Below are positions 33,967-43,937 of a stretch of DNA of 64,000 nucleotides, in pieces. A program made the position numbers and the translations under genes. Below the pieces are notes generated by a model that worked only from the letters and a program-made list of their open reading frames with translations, was not told the origin of the DNA and did no database searches. The number at the start of each line of letters is the position of its first letter. Positions within the stretch are counted from its first letter, which is position 1. Source of the stretch: Tetramitus jugosus (Eukaryota > Protista > Heterolobosea); assembly GCA_937625935.1 (NCBI GenBank), contig OW569365.1, forward strand, positions 434,001 to 498,000. Reading direction: 5' to 3'.

Positions 33967-35577
33967 CTATGAATAAAAATGTCCTTGACCAGGCAAGCTG
34001 TTTGGTGCTGGATGGTACACGAGTGGATAATGATGAAGATGTGGCTGTGGCTGTGCATAGTATGGAGCAGAGAAGAACGGCTGATGTGGGTACATTGGGC
34101 TAGCAGGTGAGTGCTCATTACTACCGACTCCCAACAGCTGATACAATTGCTGCGAAGGCACATATGACTGTGGCTGCTGTGGTTGCATCAAATGTCGCTG
34201 CATTGGAGTGCTGCTGACATGAGGAGCAGGTAATGATTGAGACATGAAATGCATATTTTGCTGAGGTTGTTGCTTTTCCTTGTTCACAACAGTAATAGCA
34301 ATTGGATCGGATGTATGTTGCTTTTCCGCATGATTCTGAATCGTGTGAGCAACTTCGATGACTGCATTATTCTTAACAGGAGATGACGGTGCAGCTGTTT
34401 TTTGCATGATTCTCTTCACTTCGCTATTGTTCTTGACTTCTGATTTTCGTTGCTGATTCTTTGACTTGTTCGTTTGATGTAGCTTCTCAGTGAAAATGGC
34501 ATCGGCACTGTTTTGAACAGGTGTTGGTGTCTGAGGAGATGCCTCATCACTTGTGAGCCCTTCATTCATCATGAAATTAATGTCTCCAACAATCTCTCTC
34601 TTCTTTTTTTTCTTGTTGTTGCTACCATTGCCATTCTTCTTATTGTTGTTCGCACCAACAACCTTTGTATGATTCTTCTTGCCCTTATTCTTCTCATCAC
34701 AAGAAGAAATGTGGGGCTGTAGCTTATCCTTGAGCAACGCTGGATACCTCTTGCACAACCATTTGGCCAACTTTAGCACGAGATCCATCACAAACACATA
34801 TGGATGCTGCTGTTGTTGCACTGGAGAATTCGATGCCTTCAACCCAAGAATCGTCTCAATCGAATGCCACTCAATAGATCGAATCTCCTTTCTTGTCTGC
34901 GCTGCAAATCTCACATTTTCTGGAATATCAACCACAATAAACAACTTTACGGATTGTTCATTGAAATGCGTGGACAAGAAATTATTTTGTCTCAAGTAGC
35001 GCGTAATGTCAAAACCAATTTCTTCTCTGACTTCTCGCGCAGCACAAACAAGCTCCTTTTCATCTTGATTAATCTTTCCCCTGGGAAAAGAAAGACATTT
35101 TGAGTTCCATCCCTTGACCAACAACACCTTGTCCTTTGATTGATTGAGAATAATGGCACCACACACTGGAACTGTCTGCTTATAACGATAAAATGATTGA
35201 ACATGATCTTCCACAGCTCTTCTCTTGCTGTTTAACACGGGAAATGACTCAAACACCAAATCAACAAACGATTTGAATGACATTTCAGGTAAAATGGGAT
35301 TGTGTTCACGATAAAAATCCTCATAGAACCAATGAGCTTCTTCAATCTGAAAAAACAATCGATCTAAGCTGGCGTATTCTTCCTCTGGACAATTGAGAAT
35401 GAAACGAGACACTAAATCACAAACAATTTCATTGAGACTCATGGATCGCAGTTGATGATGATGATTGGAAGAGACGGGAGAATTGTTCAACTCGGTTTTT
35501 CGTTTTCGACGTTGTTGTTGTCTCTTGAGAAGAATGGCTTGTTTTTGTTGTTGTTCATTATTATTATTATTATTATT

Positions 35578-35619
<42 letters not shown>

Positions 35620-35661
35620 ATTGTTGCTATTGTTGTTGTTGTGTTTTGTAAGAGTGGTCAT
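33967..35661 (-). CDS. DCP2: mRNA decapping enzyme Dcp2
   Basis: Box A (DLVSRFILNCPEEE...FQIEEAHWFYEDF), Nudix box GKINQDE...CAAREVREEIG, FAAQTRKEI. Confidence 0.94.
35558..35640. repeat. (AAC/AAT)n microsatellite encoding poly-Asn in Dcp2
   Basis: Long tta/gtt trinucleotide run on the + strand. Confidence 0.9.
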
Positions 35662-36024
35662 GACAATTTAAATCTTCTTTCATATATTTGACGGTTTGAA
35701 TTATGTGTAAATTCAAAAAAAAAGTAATGTGAGAGTTGTGGTTGGTTTGTTTGATTGGTTGCAGTTGTGGTTTGTTGATGGTTCGTTTGGCGAATCGATT
35801 GAGGATTCTGAGTGTTGTCGAGTGAGTGGTGGTGTGGGGTGAGCGAGAACTTCGAAATCATTTGCGAAGGTGAAGAAAATAGCAGATGTGCATTTCAACT
35901 ACGGATCTCGTGCGGAGGAGTTGTGTGTGTTTGATGTTTGGTCCTTTCTGATGGAACGACATGCAAGAAGAGTCTAGGTTCACTCAAAACAGACAGACAG
36001 CAGTGCGACTAGAATACCATTCTT

Positions 36025-37045
36025 TTACTTTAGAATATTTTTCTTCTTCATGAATTCCACAAAGGAATCGATTGCAGATGGCCATGCACCTGTTTGAATG
36101 ATTGATAACAACAACAACAACAAGCAGCATCAATTTGGTTAATAAACTACATCAACAACACATAACACATATTGTACAAAAACAACAATAACAACAACAT
36201 ACCATCATCCTCATAGGTGGTCAAATCAGTGTACAGTTTGGAGAATTCGAGGAATTGAGCCCACAAGTCCTTTGGAACAGCCTTATTGAACTCTGTCTCT
36301 ATAAACTCGCACCAATGATCCAAGTGCTTGTATTTGCCCTGGAGAACAACTTTCCATGTGGGAGAAGCAACCTCAACAGGCAAACTTCTCGATCCAAACT
36401 CCTTTGAATAGTCAAACACAAAGTTGTAAAACAGTTTGAATGATTCTTGATTTTTGAGTTCAGCTGGCCAAGCACTCTGCGCCTTTTGCTTCAAAAGAGA
36501 CATGCTTGTAATACTGTGATCACTCAAGCAACTGCTCCATTCGTCTCTCTTGAGAGTAAATGCCAATTTCATGTTCATTTTCCAACAAAAAACAAGTGCT
36601 GTAATCGATGTTGGATCTACTGAGAGGTCATTCAACAGTGACATGAGACCATCACCTTGAATCGCATCCAACGATTCATCTCCACCTTCTTCAATTCCAA
36701 TTTTTTTATACTTTTCAAATGCATCTCTCATTTCTGATGACAGAGAAGAGATAGATTGATTGCCACCATCGTTAAAGTAGTTGTCAATTGCGGTTTGAAC
36801 GGTCCATTTGGCGTTTTTCAAGTATTCTGTTGCTACTTTTTCACTACATTATTGTCAACATGTTGTTGTTGTTGTTGTTGGTTCGAGATGGATGAAAAAA
36901 AAAAGTCGAAAAAAAAAATGGTTGGTGGTCAAAATTTTGAATGTGGGAGCTATGGGTGATGTTGATGATGATGGACGTACGTTGTGTTGGTGACATCTCT
37001 AAACTCTTGAATGAGTTTTGCGTTGTTGTTGCCTCTGGAAAACAT
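36025..37045 (-). CDS. DCN1: DCN1-like neddylation E3 (UBA plus cullin-binding domain); 3 exons, introns 36980-36844 and 36202-36090
   Basis: IQEFRDVTNT|EKVATEYLKNAKW, FYNFVFDY, KAVPKDLWAQFLEF, YEDD|GAWPSAIDSFVEF. Confidence 0.88.
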
Positions 37046-37308
37046 GTCGGTGTTTGTGCTTGTTTGTTGTTTCTTGTGTGTTGTTGTGTTTAAGCTTCTT
37101 GTTGTTTCTTGTGCAAAGTCGGTGTTGACGTCAATTTTTGTTTGGATTTTCACTGGGTCGGACTCTTGAACACGAGTTCAAGTTCTCTTCGCTCTTCGGA
37201 GTATGTATGGCCCGACTTGAACATTTCCAAAATTCATTGAACATTGCACAATAAAAAACTACGCACAACATTGCATCAACAACAACAACGACTCGATAAC
37301 AAACAATC

Positions 37309-38661
37309 ATGGGTGCTCAGAATAACAATCAACAACAACTCTCAAAGAGTCAAAAGAAAAAACAAGACTTTATGAAAAAGAAGCGCAAGCGCAGCCAAAA
37401 AACACAAGAATTGACAAAGAAGCGAAAAATTAAAGAAGCAAAATCGGATCATGACACAAACATGGAGAAGCGAATGGAAGAATCACATGATTTCTCTCAT
37501 AAATTAGCCAAAGAGACCCATTCCATGGACAAATTCGAAGTCATGAATCAACAAATGCGTGAAATTCAAACCATTCAAATGAAAAAAGCAATTGAAAATG
37601 CAAAGGACACTGAATATCAATTGGAAAAGCAAGAACAGGCAAATTTCAAGGATGATGAGAGCTTTATAGAGAGAAATGCAGGTGAACTGGATGCCAGTCG
37701 ATTGGTCACTTCAGAAGATCAATTTTTGAGCATTTTGGATCAAGTGTTGATCAAGACGGATGAAAAACAAAAGAAGAAGCAACAAAAGGAGACTAAATCT
37801 GCTACTACTGCTCCTACTGTTTCTTCATCGAGTAGAGTTGCTGCTGCTGCTGCATCTGGTGTCAAATCAAAGGCAAAATGGACTCGTAAAATGGCCATTC
37901 ATTGCGATTACGTCGGAGTCGGAGAATATGGACACGAAGAGAGATTGGCACAGGTTTGTCTAGTCAATGAGTTGAACGAGTGCGTGTATCTACAGAGGAT
38001 TAAACTGAGAGAGAACGTGACGGATTATCGAACAAGTGAAACCGGGTTGACTGGCAGTTCATTTGACAAGCAAACAAAAACTTTGGATCAGGTCAAAGTA
38101 GAGTTATTGGAGTTGTTGGCTGACGGTAACAATGCACACATGAAGAAGACTCTGATTGGACACAATTTGACCAAGTTTGTTGGTCATTTGTTTGGCAAGT
38201 ACAATGTGCGATTCCAGAGAGACATTGCTCGATTCAGTCCCGTGTACAAGTGTGCTCTTCCAAGGACAGCAGAGGTTGCTCATGTGACACTGGACAATGT
38301 TGATGCAACAAGCATTCCAGACGAGTTGGCCATGGAGAGTTTGTCGGTCATGTCCGCAAAGTTCATTGGTGTGGCTCAAGAAGAACTCGAGGATCCAGTG
38401 TTGCGAGCACAGTGTGCCATGAGAATTTACAAGATGTTTGAGAAGGAGTTTGATTCATTCTTCATTGATAACCCTACGATACAGACGACAGCAGCAGACA
38501 AAACATTGTCTGGTGCCGGTGTGAAGAAGAAGGAGAAGGTTCAGAAGTCTGCTCTAGTCAAGAAGGAAAAGGTGAATGAAGTGAAGCATAGAGTCAGCGT
38601 CAGAAAACAACTCGACAACACAATTGATTCTCTATTGCAACAAATGAAGGGATCAACCTAA
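37309..38661 (+). CDS. REX4/REXO4-like DEDDh exonuclease homolog with degenerate active site
   Basis: AIHCDYVGVG...LAQVCLVN...VTDYRTSETGL...LIGHNL. Basic, nucleolar-type N-terminus. Confidence 0.75.
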   Translation: MGAQNNNQQQLSKSQKKKQDFMKKKRKRSQKTQELTKKRKIKEAKSDHDTNMEKRMEESHDFSHKLAKETHSMDKFEVMNQQMREIQTIQMKKAIENAKDTEYQLEKQEQANFKDDESFIERNAGELDASRLVTSEDQFLSILDQVLIKTDEKQKKKQQKETKSATTAPTVSSSSRVAAAAASGVKSKAKWTRKMAIHCDYVGVGEYGHEERLAQVCLVNELNECVYLQRIKLRENVTDYRTSETGLTGSSFDKQTKTLDQVKVELLELLADGNNAHMKKTLIGHNLTKFVGHLFGKYNVRFQRDIARFSPVYKCALPRTAEVAHVTLDNVDATSIPDELAMESLSVMSAKFIGVAQEELEDPVLRAQCAMRIYKMFEKEFDSFFIDNPTIQTTAADKTLSGAGVKKKEKVQKSALVKKEKVNEVKHRVSVRKQLDNTIDSLLQQMKGST

Positions 38662-38701
38662 ATGCACTTATAAATTAATATTCAAACTATTATCTTTATA
38701 T

Positions 38702-40606
38702 CTACAGTATTTCCTCAAATTTTGTTGGCATTTGATTGGAGATGAAACTATACAGCGTCATGTTTTGTTGGTTGTTGTTGGTCAGTGCAATGATTTGACT
38801 GTGGCCATCGAATGCCAAGCTTGTCACACCAGATGCGTTAACGGAACATACTGGTGGATGGAACTCGTGAGCCAGCGATTCTTCCTCGTTGCTCAAGTTC
38901 CACATCATGAGACGAGTTTGAGTTTTCGATCCAGTGATACAGTATTTAGGATTGATAACTACCAGGCCACTCATGTTGTGACTGGAGCCGCTTGGGAGTC
39001 TCCGAACTTGAAATACTTTCAACGAGCCAGCATCTATCCATATGACCTCATCATTCATCAGGGAGACAACAACAAACTTTTTGCATGCTGAGAGTACGAG
39101 GTTCAAAATTGGAGAACTCAAGTTTTCAGTCATGACAGATTTCAGATCATATGTATCTGTCAGTCTAAACGCATGGATGGTATTTTCGAGCTGGGAAATA
39201 CTCCAAATTGTGGAATCGACACAAAGAATTGTTGTCACGGCTGATTCTTGCACTTTGGTTGACTGGAGAAGTTCTGACGAAGATGCTCTGTAACAATGAA
39301 TATATCCCGTTTCATCTCCACACACAAGAGTATCATCACCAAGCATTGCAAGGCTAGTGATGTTGTGTTTGGTGATAATGGCATCATCAATTAGCTCTAT
39401 TCCTTTCATCTCATTGACCTTCAACTGGTGTACCAAATTCCCTTGAGTCGATACGAAGAGTCGCCTGAGAGCTACAGAGGAACACATTGACAAGATATCT
39501 TCAGGGAACTGAATAAATTTTTCAACAGCACATCGATTATACATGAGATACATATGAACGAGATGTTTCGTGGCTGCGAATGCTTGACGCTTGTCGTAGA
39601 AATGAACAATTCTGGATCGGTCATATCCTGAGGCATCCATTGTATGCACTCTATATCGATTACCAACATTATCGTGCTCATCTGTCCTGATATACGTAGG
39701 TGGATTCGTTAGATCCGAGTAATTGTTAGAATAAAGTCTGGAAAGAGGAAGATGTCCTGGATTCCTCACCGGTTTGTCCACGTAGACACTGAAGGCAATA
39801 TCGAATCTTGTTGGAGCATATACTGTACGGTATGGTGATATACACTGAGAAGTACCCATAGCTGAGGCTGCATCCGACTGATCACAACGAATGATCGACA
39901 CTCCATTCTGGATGCATAGATTTTCGAATAACCTCGACATTGAACTCAATGCCACGCCCCATGCGGCCGTAACAGAGGAGTGGTTCATCTGCTTTAACGC
40001 GCGAGATGCAATAAAGGTTGGATTGAAAATAATCACCGGATTGTACTCCAATGTCTCCTTTAGACAATCCTGATTCTCAATATCGAAGCAAATCATTACT
40101 GCCACTCTTCCCAATGCAGTTTCATAGATACCGACTCTATCACCACTGCCCATGCGAGGATGATAAGTCACATTCTTTCTTTTTCGATATGACCCAAGTA
40201 TGGTTCCATCTCGATCAATGAAGACTGCAGTGTTGTACATCTTCTGACTCTGCGAACAAAATTCGTTCAGTGTTCCCACGATACCATACACTTGATACTT
40301 ACCCAAAACAGACGCAATGTTCTTTAATTCTCGATTGATATCGAGGTTAATAGAAGCATTTTGCGACTGGTGATAGTTCTCTGGCAGCATGAGAAAATCT
40401 GGTGCTCTTCCATCTTGTTTCATGGACAGTTGGATATGATGTTCGACAAATGCTCCGTCATCCACAAAGTTATTGGGTTTGCATCCTTGAATGATCAGAA
40501 TCTTCAAGTCATTGTACTTGTGGTTGTGTTGAGCCCACGCGACATGTTCTTGCACGGAGCCAGATGAGACAATATGCAGGGGATTGACCTGGGTTGAAGG
40601 AAACAT
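38702..40606 (-). CDS. Carbon-nitrogen hydrolase (nitrilase) domain fused to a WD40-like beta-propeller
   Basis: LMLPEN, YNTAVFIDRDGTILGSYRK, GRVAVMICFD (E-K-C triad). C-terminal ~320 aa of WD40-like blades (LVCGDETGYIHCY, ITGS...LMMWNL). First ATG at 40606. Confidence 0.8.
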   Translation of the reverse strand: MFPSTQVNPLHIVSSGSVQEHVAWAQHNHKYNDLKILIIQGCKPNNFVDDGAFVEHHIQLSMKQDGRAPDFLMLPENYHQSQNASINLDINRELKNIASVLGKYQVYGIVGTLNEFCSQSQKMYNTAVFIDRDGTILGSYRKRKNVTYHPRMGSGDRVGIYETALGRVAVMICFDIENQDCLKETLEYNPVIIFNPTFIASRALKQMNHSSVTAAWGVALSSMSRLFENLCIQNGVSIIRCDQSDAASAMGTSQCISPYRTVYAPTRFDIAFSVYVDKPVRNPGHLPLSRLYSNNYSDLTNPPTYIRTDEHDNVGNRYRVHTMDASGYDRSRIVHFYDKRQAFAATKHLVHMYLMYNRCAVEKFIQFPEDILSMCSSVALRRLFVSTQGNLVHQLKVNEMKGIELIDDAIITKHNITSLAMLGDDTLVCGDETGYIHCYRASSSELLQSTKVQESAVTTILCVDSTIWSISQLENTIHAFRLTDTYDLKSVMTENLSSPILNLVLSACKKFVVVSLMNDEVIWIDAGSLKVFQVRRLPSGSSHNMSGLVVINPKYCITGSKTQTRLMMWNLSNEEESLAHEFHPPVCSVNASGVTSLAFDGHSQIIALTNNNQQNMTLYSFISNQMPTKFEEIL

Positions 40607-40887
40607 GGATAGATAGTTCGACTGGATTTGTGAATGCTGAGGTTCCAGATGGCCAGGCTTTCTTTGCTTTTTCTGAACAGAGGTGGCTGTTCGCGCCAAT
40701 TATCAATTGGAACAATCCATAGTTCAGAGCGAGTTCCCGACATCTGGAGTTTTCCAATCTAAAAAAAACATTTCTGCGCAGATCCTCCGATTCGAAAACT
40801 TGGACAGTCCGATATTAGCCCTCATGCAACCAATCTGAAAGCCACTGAAAAAGAAAGCACCCGGCTCACAACATCACGATCATCAAC

Positions 40888-41909
40888 ATGGGCAATAGCA
40901 ACACTCGTTACAACTCTAGTACAACTGCTGATCAGGTACTCGAAGGAAAGAACCTGACCAATGAATACTTTTTAGTCACTGGTTCATCCAGTGGAATCGT
41001 AAGTGTTTTACAATTTTTACAATTTTTACAATTTTTCCAAGCAATTAACAAAATTTGTTGAAAAAATCGTAGGGCGAAGAAACAGCTCGTACACTGTTCA
41101 ATCACTGTGCCACTGTTGTCATGGCCAGTCGTAGCAAAGAACGACTCGAAGAAGCAGAGAAGCGCATCAAGGATCAGAATGAAAATCCATGTGGTAAGCT
41201 TTATGTGGAAGAGTTGGATCTCGGTTCCCTAAAGTCCATTGATCAATTCTCTCAGAGGTATCATGCCAAATATCCAAAGTTGAACGTGTTGATCAATAAT
41301 GCTGGTCAAATGGTGCCTCCATTGTCCTACACGGAAGACGGGTTCGAAACACAGATGGGAATCAATCATTTTGGTCATTTTGCATTGACTCTCAAGTTGT
41401 TGGACATTATGAAGAAGACTTCGGAGCAGGACAAGAAGGAAGGCAGAGTGATCAATGTGAGTTCGTTGGCTCACACGTTTGGCACAATCAACTTTGATGA
41501 TATGCACTACAAGAAGAGAGCTTATTCCAGTTGGCGTGCATATGGTCAAAGCAAAGTTGCCAATGTGTTGTTCACCAAGGAGTTGGACAAAAAGTTGAAG
41601 GAGTCCAATGTGAACATTACAACCAATTCACTCCATCCAGGAAGCATTGAAACTGAGCTACAAAGGAACTGCACAAGTTGGGGAGATCGCATTTTGTTGC
41701 TTCTGTCTTATCCTACATTTAAGAGCATTCCTCAGGGAGCAGCCACTCAAGTATACCTTGCAACAAGTGAGGACTTGAATGGTAAGAGCGGACTGTACTT
41801 TAGTGACTGTAACGAAAAGACTCCTTCCAAGCATGCTCAGGATGCTGATGTTTCAGCTAAATTGTTTGCTCACAGCGAGACTGTCACCAACACCAAATAT
41901 CCTCTCTAA
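40888..41909 (+). CDS. Short-chain dehydrogenase, retinol dehydrogenase (RDH12/WWOX)-like; intron 40999-41072
   Basis: MGNS N-terminus, VTGSSSGI|GEE, NNAG, NHFGHF, VSS, YGQSK, HPG. Confidence 0.92.
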
Positions 41910-42211
41910 AAGGAATAAACGCTATTGCGTTTGAAATTTCTTGAACCTTTCCTCTTTTAGTGCGACCAAAAGAGACTCTATTTTACTCCGAACTTGACAT
42001 GGATGTCCGAGATGACAATTAACATCAGTTCCGTAATCTATTCGATGTGAGTGTCATCCTAATGTGACATATCGCTGTGCTGAAGTCGACGTACTTTCGG
42101 TGCATAAAACAAAAGTGAAACAACGAACACTATCTCTTTAGGATCATCTATCCATCATCAGCATCTTCTTTCAGGAACGGCCCCCATACCACCAGCACAC
42201 GAACGTTTCTA

Positions 42212-43924
42212 ATGAAGACTCAAGGATACGATTTTGAGTTTGAGAGAGTGTTTGTTCACCCCAAATGTTTTCCATTGTTTCTCTTCTTTGCTGAATCGGA
42301 ATCCAATCAAGATATAGTTACAGCTTTCCTCAAGATTAATGTCATCCTCGCACTCATCGTAACAACCACCGAAACAAGCCGCTTGAATCATGTCAGTACT
42401 CGTGCAGGACTAGATGATTCAAAATCCGAAGAAAATAGTGATTTATCAATGGCTAGAGCATACAACCACTTAAACACTGCCTTTTCAAATCACATCATGT
42501 ATAAAATAGTTCAAAGAGAGGAGAACAGAGTGTATGGGGAGGCAATGGAAAGAATCAATTGGCTTCTCCAACATCATGAAAAAGAATCAACAGAGGAAGG
42601 TCACTCCTCAACTTGTACAATAGCTCCAAACGATTCTAGTAGCCACACTATTGACATCAAATTGAAACGGAATCGGCAAACAAGCCAAGACGGAACAAAC
42701 TTCAGGTTGATAAGGAATCAGGCCTGGTACACCCCAATTCTTGGATCAATCATTGATCAATATGTTAAGTGTTCCGCTCTTATTCGATTGTTCTTTACCA
42801 ATCATACACGTCATCAACTCACCATTAGTCACAGTACCTGTACTGGAATGAATGAGTTGTATACCCAGTTGGATGATTACTTTTCACATGTACTGCCTCA
42901 TCTCTTATGGGAGACCGATGAGCAGGAACTTCAACAGTGCCTTGATGTCATTAATACCTATGCCGAAAACATATTTGTCCCTTGCAAATCTGTTCTAACA
43001 ATTGTCATGCGAGACAATATTTTTGCTAGGTTCAAAAGATCTCAAATGTGGATCCAACATGTCGAATCTTGCAGTATTGGTGTGCTGAATGAATTTGGGG
43101 AAGAGAAGTCTAAGTACACATTAGAACCCTTACTTGTCACACCTGAGGACCTGGAAAGAAAAGCCATTACAAACCGGGATGTCTCTCTGAACAAGATGCT
43201 GTTGAGAGATGATTACCACTGGGAGCCAATCCAACAAAGGAAAAATAACATGTCCATCTATTTCTCGAGATTTAATACAATGAGTGATGATTGCGTTAGT
43301 GAACATGGGTATTTCCATGCGTTCAAAATTACTTATCCACTGAAGATGAACGCCAAGTTACTCACTCAACAATTTATATCGAAAAAACTTATGACAAAGA
43401 TGTCAACGGAGAAGATTGAAAGCATTGATTATTTGTCTGGATCGGGAGATAAGGATATCAATGATCCTGAGTTTCAGTATCCAACCTCGGTTGTTTATCA
43501 AGGGCCACTTGGATCCGCACTTCTAAAGCGCGAGTACATCAAGAGTTGCACTGCCTTTTACGACAAGGACCTGAAATCCTACCTATACATATACAAGAGC
43601 TGTGAGAGCGATGAGTACAAACATCACCTGCAAAACTATGTAAGAGCATTGTCGTTCGGAGTGGCATGTTTTACAGATATTGGAGACGACCAGTGTTATT
43701 ATACGAGCGTGTTTCTGGTCAATTCAGGTGGTATTTTGCGGAACAGGCGAACTTATCCTTCCTTGTTTGAACGATGGACTATTACTAGGTTCTTGAAACG
43801 ACTGATTTCAAGGATGGATCGACTCGATCCAAATGAAAGAGAGATTGACGATGACTTACGACTGATGCAAACACTCCATGAACACAGCGCGCTTGTGGGA
43901 GATAATCCAAAGAATCAACAATGA
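42212..43924 (+). CDS. RGS domain (with large insertion) plus START-like domain protein
   Basis: FERVFVHPKCFPLFLFFAESESNQD...IIDQYV...QLTIS...MRDNIFARFKRS, then a START-like region (REYIKSC, YIYKSC, YTSVFLVNSGG). Confidence 0.7.
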   Translation: MKTQGYDFEFERVFVHPKCFPLFLFFAESESNQDIVTAFLKINVILALIVTTTETSRLNHVSTRAGLDDSKSEENSDLSMARAYNHLNTAFSNHIMYKIVQREENRVYGEAMERINWLLQHHEKESTEEGHSSTCTIAPNDSSSHTIDIKLKRNRQTSQDGTNFRLIRNQAWYTPILGSIIDQYVKCSALIRLFFTNHTRHQLTISHSTCTGMNELYTQLDDYFSHVLPHLLWETDEQELQQCLDVINTYAENIFVPCKSVLTIVMRDNIFARFKRSQMWIQHVESCSIGVLNEFGEEKSKYTLEPLLVTPEDLERKAITNRDVSLNKMLLRDDYHWEPIQQRKNNMSIYFSRFNTMSDDCVSEHGYFHAFKITYPLKMNAKLLTQQFISKKLMTKMSTEKIESIDYLSGSGDKDINDPEFQYPTSVVYQGPLGSALLKREYIKSCTAFYDKDLKSYLYIYKSCESDEYKHHLQNYVRALSFGVACFTDIGDDQCYYTSVFLVNSGGILRNRRTYPSLFERWTITRFLKRLISRMDRLDPNEREIDDDLRLMQTLHEHSALVGDNPKNQQ

Positions 43925-43937
43925 AAACAACTTCTTT

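Noticed and set aside
41006-41036. Three TTTTACAA-type tandem units in the SDR intron
   Set aside because: Simple slippage repeat with no evidence of function.
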